Shown: positions 43,952 to 54,874 of the stretch, in pieces
Layout: every line of letters starts with the position of its first letter
How positions within the stretch are numbered: the first letter of the stretch is position 1
Origin: a virus
IMG/VR virus record: IMGVR_UViG_3300020438_004021
Span: 64,001-128,000 of that record
DNA length: 64,000 nucleotides
Direction: 5' to 3' (one strand)
Program-made: the position numbers and the translations under genes
Notes under the pieces: model-generated
Told to the model about the DNA's origin: nothing
What the model saw: the letters and a program-made list of their open reading frames with translations, nothing else
The model's database searches: none

Positions 43952-46900
43952 ATGCCATATTCCCAGACACCTTATGATTCAAATCTGTTTAATAAGAGTC
44001 CTTATTACGACGACTTCAGTGAAGACAAGAAGTTCCTCAGGACACTTTTCAGACCCGGTTATGCTGTTCAGGCAAGAGAACTGACACAGCTACAAACTGT
44101 TCTACAATCTCAGCTCGAAAGAATGGGGACCCATATATTTGAAAATGGTGCGGTCATTGCGGGTGGTGGTATTGCAGAATCTAATATCGCCTATGCTAGA
44201 CTTGGAACAGCAGATGCCCTAAGCACTTCTAATCTAAACAGGCTCATCAATCAGAACATTTCAAATGATTCTGGTGTAAATGCTAGAATCCTCCACGTAC
44301 TAGACGGTTCTACTTTGGATATTGACCCGTCTCAGGTGGTATTCTTCCAGTTCACTTCCAATGGTGGATTTGTAGAAGGAAGCACTTTAGGGACTACTGG
44401 TGCTAATAGTGCCGGTCTAACGTTCTCTATTGCAGCTGCTGGTAACACCGCACCATCTGTTGGCAATGATGCAATGATATTCAGTGTGGACGAGGGTGTT
44501 TACTACGTAGACGGGTACTTCGTCAAGAACGATAAGCAAGTCACAGTTCCATTTTATGAAGCAGGTTCCTGTGCAGATAATAATGACCACAGATATAGAG
44601 GATTCGTCAGTCCAACATCTTCAGTAGGTTGGAACATATCCAGAACTATAGTCACTGCCAATGATGACGAGTCCCTAAAAGACCCAGCGGCCGGTTTCTA
44701 TAACCAGAACGCACCTGGTGCAGATAGATACAAGATAGACCTATCATTAGGTCACAAGGGTTTCACGTCATCTCTAGGAAGTGCTTCCGGACTCACCTTC
44801 GATGACCAAGACTTCATCGAGCTTGTGAGGATAATCGGTGGCAGTAGTACAAAGACAGTCAAATATACTGACTATGCAGAGATTGAAGAGACATTCGCAA
44901 GAAGGACATTCGACGAATCCGGCAACTTCACGGTGGGTGCACCTAAGATCAGGATAACCACCCATGATGCTGCCTTTACTCCCGCAGACAGCAGTAAATT
45001 CGCGGTAGGGGTAGAACCAAATAAATCTTATGTTGGTGGTTTTGAGGTCGATACCCAAAGCACGGCCTACCTAGAGGTAGACAAGGCGAGAGATATTGGA
45101 AAGATACCACCATATTTCGAGCAACTCAACTCTCAACTGGGTAACTATGTATTCATAGAACCTAGCGGTGGTGGTGTTTATGGTGGTGGATGGGGTTCCG
45201 GTACTAGTGCCGATAATTCGTTCTCTGCCAATTCTATAGACAAACAATACTCTTACAGCATCTATAAAGAAGACGTACACACAGCACCAGAAATTGGTCC
45301 AACACTAGGAAGTTGTAATGTTAGATCCATTGCCAGAGAAGGTGATGACCTCAAACTATACCTCTTCAACATCAAGATGGCAATTGGAGAAGATGGTACA
45401 CCAAATAACTTCACAGATGCCCAATACATAGTATCCCATGACCCCGTTCAGGGTGGTACTGGTGGAACTGGTTCCTACTTCAAGGTGAAAACGGATAGCA
45501 GTGGTTTCATTGGTCCCCATGATGCTGGAAACAAGACATTGGTATTCCCAGTCTCCCAAAATAAGGTAGTGACTGAGACTGGACCTGGTAAACAACTAGA
45601 CACAGCATCTACTTTCACCGTACTAGAGACCCATGACGTTCACTTCACCAACGGAAAATCTACGGCAATTGTGTCATTAGAAGATGGTAAGCAGTTCTTA
45701 GGCAGTGACGATGAAGATGTCTTAGTTTGGTTTGGAGCAACTGCCTCTGATTCAGGTTTAGATGCCGGATACACTGCTGACTTGCTACCTTTGAGTCAGT
45801 TCAGGTGGACCAGTTACGGTAGTAGAGGTCAACTAGAGCTATTGGAAGGTCTAGACGCCCCCTCAGCAGGTGCTACCGCTACGATGGTGTTACCAGTAAT
45901 GTATGACTCCGAAAGAGTGGTGGGAGACGTTTATAGAACTCTTACCACAACAACTGGGTCGGTAGTTGGTGCAATATCCGATGCGGTGGTGTTCCATGAA
46001 GGTGCTACTTGTGCTAGGTTCAAACTAGACAACTCTCACATCAAATCGATAGATACGGTCGCCGATGGAAGTGGAGTTAAACCATCCACAAGTTATTTCT
46101 TTGATGATGGTCAGAGACAATCAGGATTTTATAAAGGTCAGGTATTTGTACCGACCAATGTCCTATCAGGTAACGACACAGATGGTTATGTTGCTAATAT
46201 TAGCTATTCTTACTACTCCCATACTGGTAAGGGTCCAATCACAGTAAACAGTTATCCAGTAGGGTATGAGCAAATACCCGAGTTCACAGACACGGAAAGC
46301 GGTAGACTGTACAGACTTAGGAACTGCATTGACTTCCGACCGGTAGAAGATAGCGATGGTACTTTCAGCAGCTTTGGAATTCCTTTCTATAAGTATAACC
46401 GGTCTTATAGCAAGATCAGTTACAACTACTATATGCCTAGAATAGACAAGGTATGCTTATGCAGGGATAGGACCTATAGGTTGATTAAAGGTGTAAGTTC
46501 AATCGAACCACAAGCACCAGAGACTACTAGCGATGACATGGACCTATACCTGATTAAGATAAGTCCATACGTTTTCGACCTTAATAGGGACGTGACTGCC
46601 AAATATATCGACAATAAGAGATTCACTATGAGGCAGATTAGTGAAATTGAGAACCAAGTTGAGAAGGTCGACCAAGAAAGATATCTAGACAGACTCTACT
46701 CAGATGCTGTCGCCAAGGGCAACGCTGATGTAGGAACTGGAATCAATGAATCTATTATGGTAGATGATTTTAGTAGTCACGCATTCGCAGACGTTACTAA
46801 TAGAGACCACAACTGCAGTATGGATACCTCTTTCAGGGGTCTTCTTCCACCGAAGGTTACCAGTGTTTACAACTTCGCAAGCGGTTCAATTCCATCTGGA

Positions 46901-49021
46901 ATGACATTAACCGAGGGCAGACATGTCGTTTATGACTTCCAAGAGGTACAGGTAGTGGGTGGCAACACCGGAACTGCCACTCTAGCGGTAAATCCATTCG
47001 GAAGTACAGATTTCTTGGGTCACATGAGTCTTAACCCATCTTCAGACATCTATTACGACACCAGCAAGAACGGTCAGGTAATTGTAAACTCATTTGGAGA
47101 AAACAACCTATACAAAACGGTAGGCAAATCTTGGACTCAAGGTAGAACAGCTGGTTGGGGTGGTGAAGACAATGAATGGATAAACAGGTGGTTGGGAAGC
47201 GAAGACTTATCTGAAAAATCCCAAGCAGAAGTGGATCATACGGAGAGAGATTATAGACTACCCAATAAGGTTGCTAGGGTCAAACTTCCAGACAGGATTC
47301 TCAGAACCGCAGGCGATAGAACTGTTGATGAGAGTGTAGTACCTTATGCTAGATCTAAGGGATTCACATTTGAGGCAACAGGTCTTCTACCTGGTTCCAC
47401 GGTATACGCAATCCTAGATAATACCTTGGTGGGTGCTTCAGGCACTGGTTACGCAGTTAGTAGTCAGGGTGGTGTTTCAGGACACATCGAAGTTGATAAC
47501 TCATTCCTATCTGGACCAATAAGTTTCAGAGTGTCGGACAGCAATACCAACACGTTAAGTTCTACAAACACAGCAGCCGATTGTAAGTTCTACTCTCAGG
47601 GACTGCTGGATACTAGGAATTCTACAATCGTTTCTACTAGGACACCTCAGGCGAGGAGAAAGTCCGTTGCCAGTGAGAGTGTAATTGATGGTCCGTTCTT
47701 AAATGTAGTCGACGGCAATTTCTCTTCTGTACAAAACGGTTTAGACCCATTAGCACAAGAGATTTCGGTAGATGCTGGCACATTCCCCCAAGGAGTGTTC
47801 TTGAGAAGTATTGACCTATTCTTCAATCAGGTTGATCCTAACGTACCAGTGAACATTCATATTAGACCGATGATAAATGGTGCTCCACATGATTTCTTAG
47901 TCCTACCAGACTCCGAAATCACTGTAAAACCCACGGTTGTTGGAGATGGACCTCAGTTCTCACAGAATACGAACTTTAAGTTCAAAAACCCCGTATTCCT
48001 ACCACCTGGTAACTGGGCAGTGTGCATAAGCAGTAACAGTGCCGATAACATATTATTCTTATCTGAGATAGGTGGTATATGGTTAGATTCTAACGGAGCA
48101 CAGAATACCGACTCCTATGAGGTAACCGGTGCTAACGGGAATGGTATCAGACTGAAGGGTATCCTTAAACCCCTGAACAACGGCAGCAGAACCAAAGAAT
48201 CTGGTCAGAACCTAATGATGGGCATAAACAGATGTCAATTCGTCGGTGGGGCATCCGAAGCACCAGATAGAACGGCATCATTCAATCTCACCATACCATC
48301 CGGTAGCACTGGAGCAGGACTGATTGCCAATGTTATATCTAACAAGCAGTTGTTCACCGATTCTGATATTAGACCGACATACAACCTACAGATGGGCAAT
48401 CAATCGTATAACGGTGTGGTTCCCAATAAAGATATTGTTCTAGATCAAAGGCATTTCGTGAATTCATCTTCACAGCAAAGTCTAGACGTTATATTTGGTT
48501 CCACCACAACCAACAATGTGTCTCCTGTGGTAGACATGGACAGGTTGGGTCTACTGATAGCGGACAGTGCTCTTAGAGCATCTATGACGCCGGGTGATAC
48601 TGGTTTCAGGGTAGGAGAGACACAGAATAATTCCTCAGCCGCTAGAACCTATGCCAGATATGTCAGCAAGAAGATTACCTTCGGGAATTCTATTGCAGAC
48701 GACATCAGGGTCTTCCTAGATGTTGCACCAAATGAAGGGAATGTCAAAGTGTTTGTTAAATTGGGAACTTCTGGAGAAGATTTCGATGACTTGGATTACG
48801 TCCAACTATATAATGATGGGGACAGCAGTTCGGAATCTGAGTGGTTCGATTCGGGAAGTCAACTACTTACAAGTTATTCCTTCAAACCAGCAGCGGGGAC
48901 TTCGATAGGAGAATTCTCCTCTTATGCAGTAAAGATTGTAATCAGCAAGAGTCAATCTACAATCACAGAAGACAAGTTGCCAATCATTAAAGATTTGAGA
49001 GCGATAGCTATCAAGAACTGA
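43952..49021 (+). CDS. Large virion structural protein (DUF4815/VrlC-like)
   Basis: SPYYDDF...K.F.R.LFRPG.AVQARELTQLQ, APGADRYKI, ARRTFDESG, YYMPRIDK, DPLAQ. Confidence 0.85.
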   Translation: MPYSQTPYDSNLFNKSPYYDDFSEDKKFLRTLFRPGYAVQARELTQLQTVLQSQLERMGTHIFENGAVIAGGGIAESNIAYARLGTADALSTSNLNRLINQNISNDSGVNARILHVLDGSTLDIDPSQVVFFQFTSNGGFVEGSTLGTTGANSAGLTFSIAAAGNTAPSVGNDAMIFSVDEGVYYVDGYFVKNDKQVTVPFYEAGSCADNNDHRYRGFVSPTSSVGWNISRTIVTANDDESLKDPAAGFYNQNAPGADRYKIDLSLGHKGFTSSLGSASGLTFDDQDFIELVRIIGGSSTKTVKYTDYAEIEETFARRTFDESGNFTVGAPKIRITTHDAAFTPADSSKFAVGVEPNKSYVGGFEVDTQSTAYLEVDKARDIGKIPPYFEQLNSQLGNYVFIEPSGGGVYGGGWGSGTSADNSFSANSIDKQYSYSIYKEDVHTAPEIGPTLGSCNVRSIAREGDDLKLYLFNIKMAIGEDGTPNNFTDAQYIVSHDPVQGGTGGTGSYFKVKTDSSGFIGPHDAGNKTLVFPVSQNKVVTETGPGKQLDTASTFTVLETHDVHFTNGKSTAIVSLEDGKQFLGSDDEDVLVWFGATASDSGLDAGYTADLLPLSQFRWTSYGSRGQLELLEGLDAPSAGATATMVLPVMYDSERVVGDVYRTLTTTTGSVVGAISDAVVFHEGATCARFKLDNSHIKSIDTVADGSGVKPSTSYFFDDGQRQSGFYKGQVFVPTNVLSGNDTDGYVANISYSYYSHTGKGPITVNSYPVGYEQIPEFTDTESGRLYRLRNCIDFRPVEDSDGTFSSFGIPFYKYNRSYSKISYNYYMPRIDKVCLCRDRTYRLIKGVSSIEPQAPETTSDDMDLYLIKISPYVFDLNRDVTAKYIDNKRFTMRQISEIENQVEKVDQERYLDRLYSDAVAKGNADVGTGINESIMVDDFSSHAFADVTNRDHNCSMDTSFRGLLPPKVTSVYNFASGSIPSGMTLTEGRHVVYDFQEVQVVGGNTGTATLAVNPFGSTDFLGHMSLNPSSDIYYDTSKNGQVIVNSFGENNLYKTVGKSWTQGRTAGWGGEDNEWINRWLGSEDLSEKSQAEVDHTERDYRLPNKVARVKLPDRILRTAGDRTVDESVVPYARSKGFTFEATGLLPGSTVYAILDNTLVGASGTGYAVSSQGGVSGHIEVDNSFLSGPISFRVSDSNTNTLSSTNTAADCKFYSQGLLDTRNSTIVSTRTPQARRKSVASESVIDGPFLNVVDGNFSSVQNGLDPLAQEISVDAGTFPQGVFLRSIDLFFNQVDPNVPVNIHIRPMINGAPHDFLVLPDSEITVKPTVVGDGPQFSQNTNFKFKNPVFLPPGNWAVCISSNSADNILFLSEIGGIWLDSNGAQNTDSYEVTGANGNGIRLKGILKPLNNGSRTKESGQNLMMGINRCQFVGGASEAPDRTASFNLTIPSGSTGAGLIANVISNKQLFTDSDIRPTYNLQMGNQSYNGVVPNKDIVLDQRHFVNSSSQQSLDVIFGSTTTNNVSPVVDMDRLGLLIADSALRASMTPGDTGFRVGETQNNSSAARTYARYVSKKITFGNSIADDIRVFLDVAPNEGNVKVFVKLGTSGEDFDDLDYVQLYNDGDSSSESEWFDSGSQLLTSYSFKPAAGTSIGEFSSYAVKIVISKSQSTITEDKLPIIKDLRAIAIKN

Positions 49022-49029
49022 TATAAATA
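49022..49029 (+). promoter_or_regulatory. Late promoter TATAAATA
   Basis: Exact motif, intergenic. Confidence 0.7.
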
Positions 49030-49050
49030 ACTTAGCAGGATAAGATATAC

Positions 49051-51180
49051 ATGGGAACATCAACTACAACACCACCTTCAGGAACTACGGCAGATCCAGT
49101 ACCTAGTCTGTATCTATCTGATACTTTCTATACTTGGTTTAATACCACCAATGATGTAATCAACAAAGTCAACCCAATAGAGGTCTATACTTTAGCGGCT
49201 GCCACAGGTGGTTACAACTCCAACTCCATAGCAGCAGCATATGGAAGCACCACTGGTATTGGTGGTGTCACTATAGATGACTTGGGTAACGGCAACTTTA
49301 AACTAGGGTATGTCATCCCAGAGAAAATTACGGGTGGTCATACATTTTATGGTCATATTGACTTCAAGAAGGGTCCATCTGGTCACATCGCAAACAGTTT
49401 CTGCGGTAGGACGGGTGAAATCGTTGGTGTTAACACCGTAAGTGGTAGACTGCCAGTAGTCTCTGGTGGAACTGGCAATATTACCGGTTGTGTCATTCAA
49501 ATCAATGGTATTCTTGCAACAGAAGGTGGCACTATCGCAATCACCGCTGGTGATATCGAGGGTTCACTAGCGAGCAGCACCGGTCCTGCGGGATTCATCA
49601 TTACCGCTACTGGCGGTTTCGAGATGGATGCTCAGACTAAACTATTCGATGGAATCCCAGATAGTCTTCAGGGAACAGATACACAATACCAAAACGCACT
49701 TCTAGTTCATGGTGCTTCTGGTGCTTCGACTGGTACTAGACCAGCAGTCGCCATTGGTGGACAGTCTTGTGACGCATCTTATGGTCTTTTGGTAGACGGT
49801 GGTGCTTGGTATGGTGGTCATCCTCAGGATGGTAGTGATAAGCACAGCGGTGGAATCAAACTAAAGGGCAACAACAAGGACAACTACTTCGATATCTCAG
49901 CGGTAGACAGCCTACATATTGGTGCTTGTGCTGACATCATCATGAATATCGACCACGTTGCCGATGGTTCTGCTGAATTCAAAGTTACCAAGTCCAGCAC
50001 TGCTAATGGCACACCTGGTCAGATATCCAACCTGATGAGAGTCAACTCAAGCGGAGAGCTGTTCGTAGATAAAATTAGAGGTGTTGACGACTCTGCCACG
50101 ATGATTACCCTGTCTGGTGGTACTGATGTCAAGATTAATAAGACACTTCACATCGCCGATTTTGTTAAAGATAATGGTGGACAGTCTAGTAATTCATATA
50201 GGCAGAACTCAGTTTCAGGCACAGATGCCTCAGGGTTCGTATTAAGACCAAATACAGCCGGTAAGATGGACTGGCAGAATGATTACGTTATTGATGATTC
50301 GGAAGCACCTAGCAGTGCTACTGGATACTCCGATGGTGCAGTGTGGTATCAGACCGGTGGTGGAGCGGCTGGTGGTGCTGGAACAGCGGTAGGAAATAAG
50401 ACTCACCACGTAAGTATCACCAACAACACTAAAGTCTCATTAGAGAATATGACTTCGTTGGATTTGTTCCAACCAGTTCGACCAGGCATCACTTCTTTCG
50501 ATAAGTGGCAGGGAGATGTCAATATTGGAAGCGGCAGAACATCTAAAGCAGAAAGAGGTTGGGATGTTTATGAGGTAGGGACAGACAGTAACGGCATCTT
50601 CACAGTCAAAAGACTCACTGCCAGACCTTACATAAACGGCGGTGCGGATGACCTAAGCGGTACTGGTTTGCTCCCAATAGGCCTCGATATGGCAGGTACG
50701 CATGCCTCGATAAAGATAAGTGGTCAGTTTGGTGTCGCCCAACCTTTAAGCAACCATAGTCATGACGAAATATCATCAATTGGGTCTAACTGGGCAATCC
50801 ATGCATATGTAACTCAGTCTCCAGCCCCAATGTACTACAGTGGTGACGGTTGGTCGCACACCGACCCGGTTATCTATGATTTTTGTGAGTCACAGTCTGA
50901 GATAGGAACTGGTGTTAACTGGAGTTATACTCTTAAATCAGAAGTTCACCAGAGCAGATTGGACTTCCGAGAGAGAGACAACAATCAGTTGGGTAGACAA
51001 CTAATTAGAGATGGGTCAGTCGAACTTGGCATCCCAATTGGGAGCAGCACTAACAATAGACTATTCATATGCGTTTCAGACGAGAGACCGTTAGCCGCAG
51101 GTTCGACAACTTGGGCCCCATCAACAGACAAATTCCAACTAGATGAAGTAATGATTGACGCATATTCTTTTGATGCTTAA
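49051..51180 (+). CDS. Putative tail fibre protein
   Basis: LSDTFYTW...TN N-terminus typical of T4-like fibres; Gly/Thr-rich; DGAVWYQ motif. Confidence 0.65.
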   Translation: MGTSTTTPPSGTTADPVPSLYLSDTFYTWFNTTNDVINKVNPIEVYTLAAATGGYNSNSIAAAYGSTTGIGGVTIDDLGNGNFKLGYVIPEKITGGHTFYGHIDFKKGPSGHIANSFCGRTGEIVGVNTVSGRLPVVSGGTGNITGCVIQINGILATEGGTIAITAGDIEGSLASSTGPAGFIITATGGFEMDAQTKLFDGIPDSLQGTDTQYQNALLVHGASGASTGTRPAVAIGGQSCDASYGLLVDGGAWYGGHPQDGSDKHSGGIKLKGNNKDNYFDISAVDSLHIGACADIIMNIDHVADGSAEFKVTKSSTANGTPGQISNLMRVNSSGELFVDKIRGVDDSATMITLSGGTDVKINKTLHIADFVKDNGGQSSNSYRQNSVSGTDASGFVLRPNTAGKMDWQNDYVIDDSEAPSSATGYSDGAVWYQTGGGAAGGAGTAVGNKTHHVSITNNTKVSLENMTSLDLFQPVRPGITSFDKWQGDVNIGSGRTSKAERGWDVYEVGTDSNGIFTVKRLTARPYINGGADDLSGTGLLPIGLDMAGTHASIKISGQFGVAQPLSNHSHDEISSIGSNWAIHAYVTQSPAPMYYSGDGWSHTDPVIYDFCESQSEIGTGVNWSYTLKSEVHQSRLDFRERDNNQLGRQLIRDGSVELGIPIGSSTNNRLFICVSDERPLAAGSTTWAPSTDKFQLDEVMIDAYSFDA

Positions 51181-51222
51181 TAAATACTAGTGAATATAAA
51201 AGACTTAACGAGGATAATATAA

Positions 51223-52341
51223 ATGGCAGGAAAAGATTTTGATACCGGTGGTGTTTTTAGGGACCCTCAAGGTAAGATATATATTAAGAACGTCATCGAT
51301 ATTGGTAGTGCTATCACCACCAAATCTGTTGCGTCGATATCTAGTGTAAATATAGATACTCTGACAACCGGCTCTTCTTTCAATGTAGGCACTGGTCCTA
51401 GTGGTGCAGGCAAGTCTGGTGATGGTTATTACCTGTCTAAGATGCTTATATCAGAAAGCCCAGTATCTTCAAGACAGTTGAAATTCAATCCCAAAGGGTC
51501 TGGTACTTCTACCACAAGATCAGCTACTGTATCCATTCCTGACCCCAGAACTGAGTTTGTTGTGGCATTCACCGCAGGTGCGTTCAGCGGTCAGGGGCAT
51601 ATAACGTCTGGAAGAGGATTCTCTCTAGATGAAACAGTTCAGGCATATGTCAATGGTACTACGTGGCTTGGTAGGGTTTCTTATGCAGACAATGTTACCG
51701 GATCTTATAATGAAGACTACGGCATAACTGGTGCTGTAGTAGGTTTTTATAACTGTGGACCCACATATGCTACTGGTGGTGCAACTGGTCCATGTGGTGG
51801 TCACAGTGGTGATACTGGACCCGGTATTAGTGGTTTATCTAGTGGTGCTTTCGGTTATCCTTTCACTGTTTACACGGTAATGTCACCCGACAATATCAGA
51901 AGTCAACTCCTGTTTGGAGGAAATAATACCGCTGGATTTAGTAGTGCACAGGAGTTGAACGACCCATCCATGGTAGAGTTTACATATGGAACAGGTCCTG
52001 CTGGTGCTACCCTGCCCAAGGGTTACATTATGAACACACTATCAGATAAAGCACAAGTTGTTAGGACTAATCATGAGTTATATGGTGCTGGTCAAGCTTC
52101 AGAATTCATCTCCTCAATGAAAGTACACTTGGTAACAGGTGCTACTCTGGTGTTGAGCACTACTGCTGGTTCATCTGGTGGTGGTTCTGGTGGTGCATCT
52201 GGACCAGGCATATTCCAAGAATTTGCTACAACCGCGTTGGAGACGGTGAACAACAACACAGACGCATTCTTTGAAATTCGCAATGAGCTTAACCAATTGG
52301 ACTCAGTTCATAAATTGCTCTATGCTGGTCTGACTAACTGA
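51223..52341 (+). CDS. Gly/Ser/Thr-rich putative virion protein
   Basis: 372 aa; AATAAATA late-like motif upstream. Confidence 0.55.
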   Translation: MAGKDFDTGGVFRDPQGKIYIKNVIDIGSAITTKSVASISSVNIDTLTTGSSFNVGTGPSGAGKSGDGYYLSKMLISESPVSSRQLKFNPKGSGTSTTRSATVSIPDPRTEFVVAFTAGAFSGQGHITSGRGFSLDETVQAYVNGTTWLGRVSYADNVTGSYNEDYGITGAVVGFYNCGPTYATGGATGPCGGHSGDTGPGISGLSSGAFGYPFTVYTVMSPDNIRSQLLFGGNNTAGFSSAQELNDPSMVEFTYGTGPAGATLPKGYIMNTLSDKAQVVRTNHELYGAGQASEFISSMKVHLVTGATLVLSTTAGSSGGGSGGASGPGIFQEFATTALETVNNNTDAFFEIRNELNQLDSVHKLLYAGLTN

Positions 52342-52360
52342 TTTAAGGTGATTATAGTAT

Positions 52361-53671
52361 ATGGCATATGGAAACAAGACAAGCGGTATATCTGGAGCGG
52401 TTTCAAAAAACCAAAGTGGAAGTAATTCTCAATTCCACTGGTTGAATAAGGTCTATGTCGCTAAAAGCAACCTGTTCGAAGAAATCAAAGCATCTTGGGT
52501 AGTGCAGTCTGGTAATTGGGTGAAATGGTATGACCCAGTGTTTGCGGTCGCTTTCTTCGCAGATAAAGCAGCCTCAGACGGCACACCAGGTAGTATATCC
52601 GGTAATGTACCTAAATGGAATGTTCCTGTAGGAACCAAAACGTTTTATGCTAGACTATTCGGGGCTGGTGGAAAAACATACACCCCTTGTCCTCAGAAAC
52701 CAACCCACGGTGGACATGGTGGGTGCACCGACATACAAGTCAGGACAAGTGAATATAATGCTAATAACGACTATTTCGTAAAGACCGGAAACGATTTACA
52801 TGTATGCGTAGGTGTGCAAGGTGGTATTGCCAATGTTGATGTGACCCATGGAAGTGGTGGATCAGTGTATGTCGGTGGGGGTGGAGGCGGTGGAGGAAGT
52901 TGGTTAGTACAAACTACAGACGCTTTTCAGGACTGGAGTGGAACTTGTCCAGCTGATTCTATAGGAGGTGGACAACGTGCACTTTATGGTCGTGGTGATC
53001 TTTTCGGTACACCAGAAGACAACTGGCCTGTAGCCTGGAGTAACCTTCAAAAAGCGGTCTACAACAATTTCTTAGCCTGCGCCGCAGGTGGTGGTGCTGG
53101 ATCGGTGAATGCGGGTGCTAATGACCATGCCTGCAAGTGTGGTGCCGGGGATGTGGGATGCTATGGACCAAGAGGTGGTGACGGTGGAGGTGGTTACAAC
53201 TTCTATGGATGCGGTACGGGATGGTGCGATCCTCCCGCTAGTCCTCAAGAATGCACGACATCCCAAGGATGTGGTAATTTCCAAGGTAAGGGTTCTGGTG
53301 TGAATCAAGGGGGCGTCGGGATTGGAGATGGGTCGAGAAATGGTCAGTTCTTCAGAGGTGCTGCCTCTAATAAGAATAGAGAAGCAGGTGGTGGAGGCTG
53401 GGGAGGCGGTGGAGCAGGAGAATATGGTGCAGGTGGCGGCGCTGGCAATATTAGACAAGGTGCTAACTGGGCTAATCCCAGTGACACGGGCATATATCAA
53501 AACCTACAACTAGGCAGAGCGAGAACCACTGAACCTGGTTGGGAACAAGGTGGTGGTAACTGGAATCGAGTAATACCTCAATGGGTCAGAACTGCTTATG
53601 GTTCTCAATATAATTTCGGCACTAGAGACAGCCATGGTCTGGTTATAATATCTTCAGAACCAATTAGTTGA
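52361..53671 (+). CDS. Glycine-rich putative adhesin / fibre-tip protein
   Basis: N-terminal W..V..VYV.....W motif, repeated GGGG(G) stretches, Cys-rich insert. Confidence 0.6.
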   Translation: MAYGNKTSGISGAVSKNQSGSNSQFHWLNKVYVAKSNLFEEIKASWVVQSGNWVKWYDPVFAVAFFADKAASDGTPGSISGNVPKWNVPVGTKTFYARLFGAGGKTYTPCPQKPTHGGHGGCTDIQVRTSEYNANNDYFVKTGNDLHVCVGVQGGIANVDVTHGSGGSVYVGGGGGGGGSWLVQTTDAFQDWSGTCPADSIGGGQRALYGRGDLFGTPEDNWPVAWSNLQKAVYNNFLACAAGGGAGSVNAGANDHACKCGAGDVGCYGPRGGDGGGGYNFYGCGTGWCDPPASPQECTTSQGCGNFQGKGSGVNQGGVGIGDGSRNGQFFRGAASNKNREAGGGGWGGGGAGEYGAGGGAGNIRQGANWANPSDTGIYQNLQLGRARTTEPGWEQGGGNWNRVIPQWVRTAYGSQYNFGTRDSHGLVIISSEPIS

Positions 53672-53682
53672 CATCGGGCAGT

Positions 53683-53690
53683 TATAAATA
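53683..53690 (+). promoter_or_regulatory. Late promoter TATAAATA
   Basis: Exact motif, intergenic. Confidence 0.7.
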
Positions 53691-53719
53691 GTATAGACTA
53701 ACAAAATAGGGATGCTAAT

Positions 53720-54088
53720 ATGTCGTCAGAAACACACATAGAAGGAACTTCAGAAGTTAACTTCGTAACAGATTATTTAAGACCTTTAAGTTGTGCACTC
53801 CTCAATCTGGACAGCAACTTCTTGCAATCTTATACCACGATGTATGCTATGGTAGAATCTTCATTCCAAGAAGAGAATCAGACTAAGATAGTTAGCGATG
53901 GTCAGTCTGGAGATGCTTTCTCACGACTTTTAGGTGCTAACGTTACTGAAATTTCGGACCAAATAGAACAAATGTCGGTTGCTATTGGATCTATCAGTGG
54001 AATCTTAAGACTGGCAGCAGATTCTGAAGCATTTTCTACTAATGCTATAAACTTAAGAGGTGCTGGTACTGGTGGTTGTGCTTGTTGA
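53720..54088 (+). CDS. Hypothetical late protein
   Basis: 122-aa ORF after a late promoter; ends GGCAC. Confidence 0.55.
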   Translation: MSSETHIEGTSEVNFVTDYLRPLSCALLNLDSNFLQSYTTMYAMVESSFQEENQTKIVSDGQSGDAFSRLLGANVTEISDQIEQMSVAIGSISGILRLAADSEAFSTNAINLRGAGTGGCAC

Positions 54089-54112
54089 ACAAGGTAAACA
54101 GGGAAATGTACA

Positions 54113-54862
54113 ATGGCTAAACCCACGTCTAGACAAACTTTAAAAGATTATGCACTGAGGAGACTAGGTGCTCCTGTCATCGATATTAATGTCGACGACT
54201 CTCAGATGGAGGATGCTCTAGATGATGCTTTGCAATTTTTCGCTGAGTACCATTTCGATGGTGTTGAGAAGGTATACCTTAGTCATCAAATCACCTCAAC
54301 AGACCAAACCAACAAATATCTAGATATGAATGCGATAGACAGCAATGTCATTAGTGTTATCAAGATGTTTAATGTTAACACCAATTCCATCAATATGTTT
54401 GATGTATCTTACCAGTTAGCACTGAATGACTTCTTCGGAACTTTCTCTACTGGGACTTTGACTAATTACACCATTACCAAACAGCATCTAGAAATGCTCG
54501 AAGACATACTGGACCCAGAAAAGAATGTAAGATTCAGCAGGGTAACCAATAAGTTATATGGAGATTTTGATTGGGAAAACGATGTAGATGCTGGAGACTA
54601 TCTGGTAATAGAGGCATATAGTGTTCTAGACCCAGAAACATATACGGAAATTTACAACGATAGACTCTTGAAAAGGTATACTACTGCTCTCATAAAAAGA
54701 GCATGGGGTGCTAATTTATCTAAATTCGAGGGAATACAACTGCCTGGTGGAGTCCAGTTTAATGGACAGAGGATTCTGGAAGAAGCTATGTCGGAAATTG
54801 AGAAGATCGAAGAAGAGGTTCAGGATAAATACGAACTACCACCTGACTTCATGATGGGTTAA
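54113..54862 (+). CDS. 13: Neck protein gp13
   Basis: P.SRQ.LKDY.LRRLGAPVI.INVD..Q..D..D.ALQ.F.EYHFDG; WG.NLSKF.GIQLPGG. Confidence 0.95.
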   Translation: MAKPTSRQTLKDYALRRLGAPVIDINVDDSQMEDALDDALQFFAEYHFDGVEKVYLSHQITSTDQTNKYLDMNAIDSNVISVIKMFNVNTNSINMFDVSYQLALNDFFGTFSTGTLTNYTITKQHLEMLEDILDPEKNVRFSRVTNKLYGDFDWENDVDAGDYLVIEAYSVLDPETYTEIYNDRLLKRYTTALIKRAWGANLSKFEGIQLPGGVQFNGQRILEEAMSEIEKIEEEVQDKYELPPDFMMG

Positions 54863-54874
54863 GGGAGGTGATTC

